The notes under the pieces are model-generated. The model searched no databases, was not told the DNA's origin, and saw only the letters and a program-made list of their open reading frames with translations. 64,000 bases of DNA from an uncultured Candidatus Kuenenia sp. (GTDB lineage Bacteria > Planctomycetota > Planctomycetia > Pirellulales > UBA1268). The stretch is taken from the NCBI GenBank assembly GCA_964581055.1, contig CAZOMJ010000045.1, positions 581 through 64,580 on the forward strand, read 5' to 3'. Positions 10,731 to 19,327 of this stretch are shown here, one piece after another. Each line of letters starts with the position of its first letter. Position 1 is the stretch's first letter. The position numbers and the translations under genes are program-made.

Positions 10731-13496
10731 GTGGCCAACGATGACCTGCTGCGTCGCGACGTCCGCCTGCTCGGCGACATGCTGGGAGAGGCGATCGTGG
10801 AATTGGCCGGCCAGGAGTCGTTTGCACTCGTCGAGGAGATTCGTGGTCTTGCCCGCGACCGTCGCGCCGGCCGGCACGACGCCGAACGGGCGCTCGCCGT
10901 GCGGATCGAGTCGCTCGACACAGCTCAGGCGGAGTGTGTGGCGCGGGCCTTCAGCATCTATTTTGACCTGGTCAACATCGCCGAGGATCGCCAGAGGGTC
11001 CGGGTGCTCCGAGAGCGGGAGCGAGAACGGTCTCCCCTGCCGATCGGAGAATCGCTGGCTGCCGGCATCGCCGAACTCAAGTCGCTCGGTCTGTCGGCGG
11101 CCGACGTGCAGCAGGCGCTCGACCGGCTCTCGATCGAACTCGTCTTCACGGCTCACCCGAGCGAGGCCAAACGCCGGTCGATCCGGGCGAAGCTGCGGCG
11201 GATGCGGCACAGCCTCCAGGAACTCGACCGCGGTGACCTCCTGCCCCGCGAACGGTCGGCGTACGAAAGCGACCTGCACAGCGAACTGGACGTGCTCTGG
11301 CAGACGGAGTTTCTCCGGCCCACGCGACCGACGGTGCTCGACGAGGTGGAACGCGGCCTGTCGATCATGCCCCGCCTGTGGGAGGCGGTGCCTCAGGTGC
11401 ATGCCTCACTCCGCCGCGGACTCGCCACCTGCTATCCGGGGCAGCCGTTTCACATCCCGCCATTCCTCACCTTCGGCTCGTGGATGGGGGGCGATCGTGA
11501 CGGGAATCCGTTCGTCACCGCCGATGTCACCGAGCGGACGCTCCTGCGACTTCGGGCCGCGGCGATCGACCGTCATCTCGACTGGTGCGTCCGCCTCCAC
11601 GATCTGCTCACGATCTCGCTTCACGCCGCGCGGGGCGCAGGCCCGCTGGTCGAGCGGCTCGAAGCCCTCGCCACCGCCTGGCCCGACCTCGCCGACGTGC
11701 TCGAACCGCTCGCCCCACACGAGACCTACCGCCGCTGGATCCGCATGATCCGCTTCCGTTTGGAGCGATCCCGCACCGCCAGCCTCGCCGAGCCTGCAGC
11801 GGTCGCCGCGTATGCGTCGGGAAGCGAACTGGAGGCCGACGTCGCCCTGCTCGTCGACGCTCTGGGCCATGACCACGGCCTGGCCGACCATTCGCCCGCC
11901 ACGCACTGGCTCGACCTCGTGCGGACCTTCGGCCTCCACATGACGCGACTCGACGTGCGACAAGACGCGCGGGCCTACTGCGACATCATGGGGGAGATTC
12001 TCGCGGCTGCCGGCAGCGTGACGGACGCGGCGGCCTTCTCCGCGCTCGACGAGCCGGCCCGGCAGACGCTGCTCATCGATTCGATGCCCGGCGGCGAGGC
12101 ATCTTCCGCCGGCAACACCGTCGACATCCGCCGCGACGGCCTCGCGCCACTCACCGCCGACACGCTGCTGCTCTTCGAAGTGCTCCACCAGGCGATGGCA
12201 CGATTCGGCCCGGAGTGCGTGGGCACGGCGATCATCAGCCTCACCCGCAGTCCCGCCGACGTGCTCTCGGTGCTCTGGCTCTGGCGGTGGGCCCGTGCGA
12301 AGGCGGCCGCACGCAGCGAACCGGTCTCGGCCAGTGACATCGACATCTCGCCTCTTTTCGAAAAGATCAACGATCTTGCGCACGCCCACGAGACGCTCTC
12401 CGCGATCCTCGACGAGCCCTGCTACCGCGAGCACGTGGCAGGCCGAGGCCACAGGCAGATCGTGATGGTCGGCTACTCCGACAGCACCAAGGACGGCGGC
12501 TACCTTGCGGCCTGCTGCGGACTTCAGGCGGCGCAGGGCAACCTGCACGCCGCGGCCGCTGCACGCGGCGTGAGCCTCACCTTCTTCCACGGCCGGGGCG
12601 GATCGCTCGGCCGCGGTGGCGGGCCGGCCGCACGGGGCATTCTCTCGCTCCCGCCCGAGACGCTCGACGGCAGCCTCCGCCTCACCGAGCAGGGAGAAGT
12701 GCTGGCCGAACGGTACGACGACACCGAGGTCGCCTGCCGTCATCTGGAACAGGTGTCATGGGCCACGCTCGTCGCGTCGAGCGTCCGACGGAGCGAACCG
12801 CGACGCGAGTGGACCGAAGTCGCCGCCCGGATGGCCGAACGGTCGTGGACCGTCTACCGCGAACTCGTCGACCAGCCGGGATTCATCCGCTATTTCTCCG
12901 AAACGACCCCGATCGATGACATCGAAACCCTGCCGATCGCGTCGCGGCCCTCCCGTCGCCGCGGTGAGCGAACGCTCGACGACCTCCGCGCCATCCCCTG
13001 GGTGTTCGCATGGACGCAGAGCCGTTGCATGATTCCCGCGTGGTACGGCCTCGGCACGGCACTCGTGGAGGTGAAGTACGACGACCGCCATGCCTGGCAG
13101 AACGTCTGCGACATGTATCGGCAGTGGCCGTTTTTCCAGGCCACGATCGACAACGCCACGCTGGCGCTGGCCAAGGCCGACATGTATATCGCCCAGCGGT
13201 ACTCGGAGCTCGTCGACGATGCCGCCATCCGCCGTCCGATCTGGCAGCGGATCGCCGCGGAACGCGACCGTACCCGGCAGGCGATCCTCGACATCGTCGG
13301 CGGCGGCGAACTCCTCGCCACCACGCCCTGGTTCCAGCGGTCTATTGAAGCACGCAACCCATACATCGACCCGCTCAATCTCATCCAGATCGAGTTCATG
13401 CGCCGCCGCCGACAGCGGCCCGACGACGAATCGCTCCGCGATCTCCTCCGACTCTGCGTGCAAGGCATCGCCGCCGGCATGCGGACGACTGGCTAA
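10731..13496 (+). CDS. ppc: Phosphoenolpyruvate carboxylase
   Basis: GTG start. Signatures VMVGYSDSTKDGG and FHGRGGSLGRGGGP. C-terminal ..GIAAGMRTTG. Confidence 0.92.
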   Translation: MANDDLLRRDVRLLGDMLGEAIVELAGQESFALVEEIRGLARDRRAGRHDAERALAVRIESLDTAQAECVARAFSIYFDLVNIAEDRQRVRVLRERERERSPLPIGESLAAGIAELKSLGLSAADVQQALDRLSIELVFTAHPSEAKRRSIRAKLRRMRHSLQELDRGDLLPRERSAYESDLHSELDVLWQTEFLRPTRPTVLDEVERGLSIMPRLWEAVPQVHASLRRGLATCYPGQPFHIPPFLTFGSWMGGDRDGNPFVTADVTERTLLRLRAAAIDRHLDWCVRLHDLLTISLHAARGAGPLVERLEALATAWPDLADVLEPLAPHETYRRWIRMIRFRLERSRTASLAEPAAVAAYASGSELEADVALLVDALGHDHGLADHSPATHWLDLVRTFGLHMTRLDVRQDARAYCDIMGEILAAAGSVTDAAAFSALDEPARQTLLIDSMPGGEASSAGNTVDIRRDGLAPLTADTLLLFEVLHQAMARFGPECVGTAIISLTRSPADVLSVLWLWRWARAKAAARSEPVSASDIDISPLFEKINDLAHAHETLSAILDEPCYREHVAGRGHRQIVMVGYSDSTKDGGYLAACCGLQAAQGNLHAAAAARGVSLTFFHGRGGSLGRGGGPAARGILSLPPETLDGSLRLTEQGEVLAERYDDTEVACRHLEQVSWATLVASSVRRSEPRREWTEVAARMAERSWTVYRELVDQPGFIRYFSETTPIDDIETLPIASRPSRRRGERTLDDLRAIPWVFAWTQSRCMIPAWYGLGTALVEVKYDDRHAWQNVCDMYRQWPFFQATIDNATLALAKADMYIAQRYSELVDDAAIRRPIWQRIAAERDRTRQAILDIVGGGELLATTPWFQRSIEARNPYIDPLNLIQIEFMRRRRQRPDDESLRDLLRLCVQGIAAGMRTTG

Positions 13497-13511
13497 TTCA
13501 GGGATACACCA

Positions 13512-14834
13512 GTGACCACCGCTGCCGACCTCGTCGTAAAAACGCTCGGTCCCTGCCGGATCGACTCGCCGCTCAAGCCGATGCTGGAATCCCGCCGCAC
13601 CACCGTCCACTACGTGGGGGAGGACGACCGCGTGCTCTTCCACGACACGGCCAGCCTCGTGCGCGAAAGCGGCTGCACCCTCGAGTCTCTCCCCGGATTC
13701 GAGCCGGCCGGCCCGCGGCGAAAGATCTTCTTCGACGCCTCGAAGATGCGGGTGGGCATCGTCACCTGTGGCGGCCTCTGTCCGGGCATCAACGACGTCA
13801 TCCGTGGCATCGTCATGGAGCTCACGTTCCACTACGGCGTCAAAAAGATTTACGGGTTTCGCAACGGCTACCAGGGTTTCGTGGCGAGGTACGCCCACGA
13901 CGTGCTCGAACTGACGCCGGGCGTGGTCAGCAACATCGACGAGGACGGCGGCACGATTCTCGGCACCTCGCGGGGCGGGCAGGATCCGGAGGAGATCGTC
14001 GACTGCCTCGAACGGATGAACATCAACGCGCTGTTCGTGATAGGCGGTGACGGCACGCTTCGGGGGGCGATGCAGATCGCCGCCGCGGTCGCCTCCCGTG
14101 ACGGCAAGATCGCAGTCGTCGGCGTGCCCAAGACGATCGACAACGACATCCCCTACATCGACCAGAGTTTTGGTTTTCAGACCGCTTTCGGCGAGGCGAC
14201 GAAGGCGATCCAGTCGGCCCACGTCGAGGCGAAGGCGTCGCCCAACGGCGTCGGTCTCGTGAAGCTGATGGGCCGCCACTCCGGCTTCATCGCCTGCTAC
14301 GCGTCGCTGGCCGAACCCGACGCCAACTACGTGCTCATCCCGGAGGTGCCCTTTCAGCTCGACGGCCAGCACGGCCTGCTCGAGCACCTGCTCGAACGGG
14401 TCAAACGAAGCGGCCACGCCGTGATCGTGGCGGCGGAGGGCGCCGGGCAGGATCTGATCGCCGACTCTGGAAACGGCCACGACGCCTCCGGCAACCGCAA
14501 GCTGCACGACGTGGGGCTCCTGCTCAAGGCCCGGATCGCCGACCACTTCGCGGCGGCGGGCGTGGAACTGAACCTCAAGTACATCGATCCGAGCTACATC
14601 ATCCGGAGCGTGCGGGCGAATCCTTACGACAGCGTCTATTGCCTCAGGCTCGCGCAGAACGCCGTGCATGCGGCGATGGCGGGCCGCACGGAGATGGTTG
14701 TGGGCCGCTGGCACGGCCGGTTCGTGCACATCCCGATCCCGCTGGCAGTGAGCCACCGCAACCAGGTGGCTCCCGACGGCGACCTCTGGCTTTCGGTGCT
14801 CGAGGCCACCGGCCAGCCCCGGTCGTTCGGCTAG
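13512..14834 (+). CDS. pfk: 6-phosphofructokinase, long form; phosphoryl donor not resolved
   Basis: Motifs CGGLCPGINDVIRG, IGGDGTLRGA, VPKTIDNDIP, MGRHSGF. GGDG is ATP-type-like and PKTIDND is PPi-type-like, so the donor is ambiguous. GTG start lies 16 nt after the ppc stop. Confidence 0.88.
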   Translation: MTTAADLVVKTLGPCRIDSPLKPMLESRRTTVHYVGEDDRVLFHDTASLVRESGCTLESLPGFEPAGPRRKIFFDASKMRVGIVTCGGLCPGINDVIRGIVMELTFHYGVKKIYGFRNGYQGFVARYAHDVLELTPGVVSNIDEDGGTILGTSRGGQDPEEIVDCLERMNINALFVIGGDGTLRGAMQIAAAVASRDGKIAVVGVPKTIDNDIPYIDQSFGFQTAFGEATKAIQSAHVEAKASPNGVGLVKLMGRHSGFIACYASLAEPDANYVLIPEVPFQLDGQHGLLEHLLERVKRSGHAVIVAAEGAGQDLIADSGNGHDASGNRKLHDVGLLLKARIADHFAAAGVELNLKYIDPSYIIRSVRANPYDSVYCLRLAQNAVHAAMAGRTEMVVGRWHGRFVHIPIPLAVSHRNQVAPDGDLWLSVLEATGQPRSFG

Positions 14835-14843
14835 GCCCTTTCC

Positions 14844-14975
14844 GCCGTGGCGGCAAGTTTTCAACTTGTCAGTTGTCCCCGCCTTCGATTCCACAAGGTA
14901 AAAACTTGTGGCCATCGGTCGAACTCCTTCTGTCTCATCCTTCGTGCCGAGAAAGCTTCAACCCTCTCCCCCGGC
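14844..14975 (+). repeat. Composite intergenic repeat element, copy A: core hairpin, second hairpin and a conserved tail
   Basis: Core hairpin 14852-14870 (GGCAAGTT-TTC-AACTTGTC). Second hairpin 14891-14911 (CCACAAG..CTTGTGG). The tail GGTCGAACTCCTTC..TGCCGAGAAAGC..CAACCCTC aligns by eye over about 125 nt with the reverse complement of 61830-61980. Confidence 0.8.
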
Positions 14976-14996
14976 ACAAGCACTGGCACAAGCACT
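14973..14996. repeat. Perfect 12-nt tandem duplication (GGCACAAGCACT x2)
   Basis: Read directly from the sequence: ggcacaagcact ggcacaagcact at the 3' edge of composite repeat copy A. Confidence 0.9.
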
Positions 14997-15114
14997 GGGA
15001 CGCAGCTCTTTTTGACCCTGCCTTACCGCATCGGTGGGGCATGTGCGGCTTGCCGGGTTCGTGGAGATGAGGGATGCTCTTGGCATTGGATTCCCCGTCC
15101 CCGGGAGTTGAACG

Positions 15115-18100
15115 ATGCAGCCTTTCCCCGCGCCCACAACGCGATTCGTTCTGCTCATCGCGGCGCTGGGCATCGCCGTCTGTGGTGCGGTCGTGCCAGC
15201 AGCCGAATGGCCGCAGTGGCGGGGCCCCGACGGCCAGGGCCATGCCGCCGCGGCCCACGACCTGCCAGTCACCTGGAGCGACACCGAGAACATCATCTGG
15301 AAGACGCCGCTGCCCGGCCGGGGCTGGTCGTCGCCGGTGATCGACGGCAATCAGATTTGGATGACCACGGCGATCGAGACCGAGGCCACGGAGGAGGAAA
15401 AGAAGAAACGTCTTGAGGGCGTCAAGGCGAGCCAGCCGCTGAATATCTCCGGCCCGGTCTCGCTCCACGCCATCTGCGTCGACCGCGACTCAGGGAAACT
15501 CCTGCACGACATCGAACTCATGGTCGTGGCCGATCCGCAGCCGATCCATTCGCTCAACTCCTACGCCTCTCCCTCGCCGGTCCTCACGGCCGGCAGGCTG
15601 TACTGCCACTTCGGCGACTTCGGCACCGCGTGTGTCGACACGCGCGAGGCAAAGGTCGTCTGGACCAATCGCGACCATCGGCTCAACCACGAGAACGGGC
15701 CGGGAAGCACCCCGCTGCTCTGGCACGACAAGCTGATCTTCCACTGCGACGGCAGCGACAGACAGTTCATCGTGGCGCTCGACGCGGCCACGGGCGGAGT
15801 GGCCTGGAAGACCGCCCGCAGTGGCGACCTCCGCAGCGACCCGCAGCTCAAGAAGGCCTACGGCACGCCGCTGCTGCTCACCCTCGGCGGCCGCGACGTG
15901 CTCGTCTCGCCGGCTGCCGACTGGCTCTACGGCTACGACCCCTCCACAGGCAAAGAACTCTGGAAGATGAGCTACGGCGTGCTCGGTTTCTCGATCGTGC
16001 CGCGGCCCGTCACGGCCCATGGGCTGCTCTACCTGAGCACGAGCTTCATGCAGCCCGAACTGCTCGCCATACAGCTTGGTGACGCCGCGACCGCCCCCGC
16101 CATCGCCTGGCGCGAAAAGAAGGGCGTTCCCTCCATGCCTTCGCCGCTCGTCGTCGGGGAAGAACTCTATATGGTCAGCGACAAGGGCGTCGCCACCTGC
16201 CTCGATGCCAAGACGGGCGACGCCGTCTGGACGGAACGGCTCGGGGGCAATTTTTCGTCGTCGCCGCTGTTTGCCGACGGCCGAATCTACGTGGGCAACC
16301 GGGATGGCGCGACGTTCGTGATCAAGCCCGGCCGCAGCTTCGCCCTCGAGGCGACGAACCAACTCGACGGGCAGATCATGGCCACGCCCGCGGCGCTCGG
16401 GCGGGCGATCTACCTCCGCACCGACAAGGCGCTCTATCGGATCGAAAAACGGCAGCCACCGGCGGCAGCCAGAACGCCGGCCGCGACGGCTCGTCCCGTG
16501 GCTTTCCAGGCTCCGGCTGCAGCGACGCCCGCACCACCCGCGGCCGCCGATGCTCCGCCACGGGGGGAGCTGGTCTCCTTCACCTTCGACACGAGCACGA
16601 TCTTCCCGGGCACGACCCGTGAGGTTTCGATCTACGTGCCGAAGCAGTACGACGGCACGACACCCGCCTGCGTGCATGTCAATCAGGACGGCATCCAATT
16701 CAACGCCCCCGAGGTCCTCGACCGGCTGATTGCTGAAAAGAAGATCCCGGTGATGATCGGCGTGTTCGTGAAGCCGGGAGTCGTGCCCGCACCACGAGAG
16801 GGAGCCCTCGCCCGTTTCAACCGCAGCTACGAATACGACGGCCTCGGGCCCGACTACGCCAGGTTTCTCCTCGAGGAAATCCTGCCCGCCGTCGAGACGA
16901 AGAAAACCGCCGACGGCCGGGCGATCGTGCTCTCAAAGAGCGGCAACGACCGCTCGATCGGCGGCACCTCCAGCGGCGCGATCGCCGCCTTCACCGCGGC
17001 CTGGGAGAGGCCCGACTCTTTTTCACGGGTCTACAGCGGCATCGGCACGTATGTCGGCCTCCGCGGCGGCCATGCCTACTCGACGCTCGTCCGCAAGTTC
17101 GAGCCAAAGCCGCTGCGGATCTTTCTCGAGGACGGCGCGAACGACCTCAACATCTACGCCGGCGACTGGTGGATGGCCAACCAGGCCATGCAGCGGTCGC
17201 TCGCATTCGCCGGCTATGACCTGCGGCACGCGTGGGGCGACGGCGGCCACAACAACAACCATGCCACGGAACTGTTTCCGGAGGCGTTTGCATGGCTGTG
17301 GCGTGATTGGCCGCAGCCGATCGCGAAGGGCATGGGGAGCCCGCAACTTCAGGAGATCCTGATTCCCGGCGAAGACTGGCGGCTCGTCGGCGAGGGCTAC
17401 AAGTTCACCGAGGGCCCCGCGGCCAACGCCAAAGGCGAACTCTTCTTCAACGACGTGGGCGATGGGAAGACCTACCGTGTCACGCCCGACTGGAAGGCCG
17501 AGGTCTGGCTCGCCGATTCGCACAAAGGTGACGGCCAGAGCTTCGCGCCGGACGGCCGGCTCGTGGCGGCCAGCGGCGGCGATACGGCCATTCTCGCATG
17601 GGACGGGGCGAAGCAGCCGACGACGCTCGTGCAGGGCTGGCGGGGGAACGACGTCGTGGTCAACGCAGCCGGCATGGTCTACGTCACCGAGCCCGGCTGG
17701 GATGGAAAGTCGCCCAGCAAGATCCACTGCCTGAAGCCCGCGGACGGCGGCACGTTCACCGACACCGTCGTCGACACCGGCCTCAGGTTCTCCAACGGAA
17801 TCTGCCTCTCGCCCGACCAGAGTCTGCTCTACGTAGCCGACAGCCGCAGCCACTGGGTCTACAGCTATCAGGTGAATGCCGACGGCACGCTCGCCAACAA
17901 GCAGCGGTTCTATCATCTCCACGTGCCCGACACGGCCGACGACAGCGGCGCCGATGGCCTGCGGGTCGACCGCGACGGCAGGCTCTGGGTGGCGACGAAG
18001 ATGGGCATCCAGGTCTGCGACCAGGCGGGAAGGGTCAACTGCATCATCCCCACCCCCAACGGCAAGCTCTCGAACCTCTCCTTCGGCGGGCCCGATGTGA

Positions 18101-18207
18101 GCATGCTTCTGGCCACCTGCGGGGACAAGGTCTACGTGCGGAAGGTGAAGCCGATCGGCAGCCTGAACTTTCTCCCGCCATCCACACCAGCCAAGCCCAA
18201 ACTGTGA
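15115..18207 (+). CDS. Secreted three-module fusion: PQQ-like beta-propeller, putative esterase, SMP-30/gluconolactonase-like beta-propeller
   Basis: Signal peptide followed by AEWPQWRGPDGQG and repeated W/G propeller blades. An Ala/Pro linker (PPAAARTPAATARP..). An esterase-like block (GGTSSGAIAAFTAAWERPDSFSRVYSGIGTYV.., IFLEDGANDLN). A C-terminal block GEGYKFTEGPAANAKGELFFNDV..DGLRVDRDGRLWVA typical of SMP-30/LRE proteins. Confidence 0.7.
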   Translation: MQPFPAPTTRFVLLIAALGIAVCGAVVPAAEWPQWRGPDGQGHAAAAHDLPVTWSDTENIIWKTPLPGRGWSSPVIDGNQIWMTTAIETEATEEEKKKRLEGVKASQPLNISGPVSLHAICVDRDSGKLLHDIELMVVADPQPIHSLNSYASPSPVLTAGRLYCHFGDFGTACVDTREAKVVWTNRDHRLNHENGPGSTPLLWHDKLIFHCDGSDRQFIVALDAATGGVAWKTARSGDLRSDPQLKKAYGTPLLLTLGGRDVLVSPAADWLYGYDPSTGKELWKMSYGVLGFSIVPRPVTAHGLLYLSTSFMQPELLAIQLGDAATAPAIAWREKKGVPSMPSPLVVGEELYMVSDKGVATCLDAKTGDAVWTERLGGNFSSSPLFADGRIYVGNRDGATFVIKPGRSFALEATNQLDGQIMATPAALGRAIYLRTDKALYRIEKRQPPAAARTPAATARPVAFQAPAAATPAPPAAADAPPRGELVSFTFDTSTIFPGTTREVSIYVPKQYDGTTPACVHVNQDGIQFNAPEVLDRLIAEKKIPVMIGVFVKPGVVPAPREGALARFNRSYEYDGLGPDYARFLLEEILPAVETKKTADGRAIVLSKSGNDRSIGGTSSGAIAAFTAAWERPDSFSRVYSGIGTYVGLRGGHAYSTLVRKFEPKPLRIFLEDGANDLNIYAGDWWMANQAMQRSLAFAGYDLRHAWGDGGHNNNHATELFPEAFAWLWRDWPQPIAKGMGSPQLQEILIPGEDWRLVGEGYKFTEGPAANAKGELFFNDVGDGKTYRVTPDWKAEVWLADSHKGDGQSFAPDGRLVAASGGDTAILAWDGAKQPTTLVQGWRGNDVVVNAAGMVYVTEPGWDGKSPSKIHCLKPADGGTFTDTVVDTGLRFSNGICLSPDQSLLYVADSRSHWVYSYQVNADGTLANKQRFYHLHVPDTADDSGADGLRVDRDGRLWVATKMGIQVCDQAGRVNCIIPTPNGKLSNLSFGGPDVSMLLATCGDKVYVRKVKPIGSLNFLPPSTPAKPKL

Positions 18208-18221
18208 ACCGGAGCACACGC

Positions 18222-19313
18222 ATGTCGCCATGGCAGTCATCCCGCCGCGGATTTCTTTCGGCCGTGACGGCCCTCGCGGCAGCACCACTGATCGGTGCCG
18301 ACATCCGTCGCCTTGACATTCCGCTGGGATTCGACAACTTCGCCGTCCGGGCGATGAAGTGGAACGCCCGTCAACTCGTCGACCACGCGGAAAAGCTGCG
18401 GTGTGACTCGCTCTTCATCACCGACTTCGGCCCGTTCGAGGGCCGCTTCGACGACGCCTCGCTCGGGGAGATCCGCCGTTACGGCGAGGATCGCGGCATC
18501 GCCATCGCGTTGGGATCGTGGAGCATCTGCCCGTCGTCCAAGACTTTCAAGCACGACTGGGGCTGCGCTGAAGAACACCTGTCGCTTGGCATCCGCATGG
18601 CGAAGGCCCTGGGCTCATCGGCGTTTCGCGTGATCCTGGGAAATCACGAGGACAGGCTCTCCGACGGCGGCATCCAGGCGCGGATCGCCGACACGGTCGA
18701 GGTGCTGAAGGCCCATCGTGGCAGGGCGATCGACAGTGGCGTGAAGATCGCGGTGGAAAACCATGCCGGCGACATGCAGTCGCGGGAACTGAAGGCGCTC
18801 GTCGAGGCGGCTGGCCCCGACTGGGTCGGCGTCAACTTCGATTCGGGCAACGCCTGCTGGTCGCTCGAGGATCCGCTCTCGGCGTTTGCGACCCTCGCTC
18901 CCCACGTGCTGACGACCAGCCTGCGGGACACGATGCTCTGGGAAACGGCGAACGGACTGACGACGCAGTGGACGGCGATGGGCGAGGGCTGCACCGACCT
19001 GCCAGCCTTCTTCGACCTCTTCGAGAGGTCGTGCCCGGGGGTGACGGTGCACATCGAGACGATCTCCGGCTTTTCACGCACCTTCCCAATCTACGAGCGG
19101 GACTTCTGGCGGGCGTATCCCGACGCCCGCGCCGCGGACCTGGCAGCACTGCTCGCACTGGCAAAGAAGGGTCGGCGGATCGAGCCCTTCACCGCTCCGA
19201 CGGGTGGCGACCGGCAGAAGGCAGAGCAGGAGTATCAACTCGCGGAACTCGACCGCAGCATCCGACACTGCCGCAATACCCTCGGCTTGGGCATGCGACC
19301 GCTGGGAACTTGA
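18222..19313 (+). CDS. Tat-signal sugar phosphate isomerase/epimerase (xylose isomerase-like TIM barrel)
   Basis: Internal ATG at 18222 gives MSPWQSSRRGFLSAVTALAAAPLIG, a twin-arginine signal. Also KIAVENHAGD and NFDSGN. It starts 14 nt after the upstream stop. Confidence 0.7.
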   Translation: MSPWQSSRRGFLSAVTALAAAPLIGADIRRLDIPLGFDNFAVRAMKWNARQLVDHAEKLRCDSLFITDFGPFEGRFDDASLGEIRRYGEDRGIAIALGSWSICPSSKTFKHDWGCAEEHLSLGIRMAKALGSSAFRVILGNHEDRLSDGGIQARIADTVEVLKAHRGRAIDSGVKIAVENHAGDMQSRELKALVEAAGPDWVGVNFDSGNACWSLEDPLSAFATLAPHVLTTSLRDTMLWETANGLTTQWTAMGEGCTDLPAFFDLFERSCPGVTVHIETISGFSRTFPIYERDFWRAYPDARAADLAALLALAKKGRRIEPFTAPTGGDRQKAEQEYQLAELDRSIRHCRNTLGLGMRPLGT

Positions 19314-19327
19314 GCAACAAGGGCAAA

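Noticed and set aside
10525-11748. 407-aa plus-strand ORF overlapping the ppc start
   Set aside because: It is in a different frame from ppc and is Ser/Arg/Pro-rich. The ppc frame carries the conserved N-terminal LRRDVRLLGDMLGEAI.
12756-14915. 719-aa minus-strand ORF
   Set aside because: It is antisense to the ppc 3' end and the whole pfk gene. It also runs through the intergenic repeat, giving the artefactual KLKTCRHGG peptide.
14639-15070. Short ORFs translating the repeats (..RGGKFSTCQL.., ..KLKTCRHG.., ..HVENLPPR..) at 14.8, 51.1, 55.2 and 61.9 kb
   Set aside because: The recurring peptide strings are simply translations of the palindromic hairpin repeat in either orientation. They lack start-site context, occur in all frames, and include stems with compensatory changes, so they are non-coding repeats.
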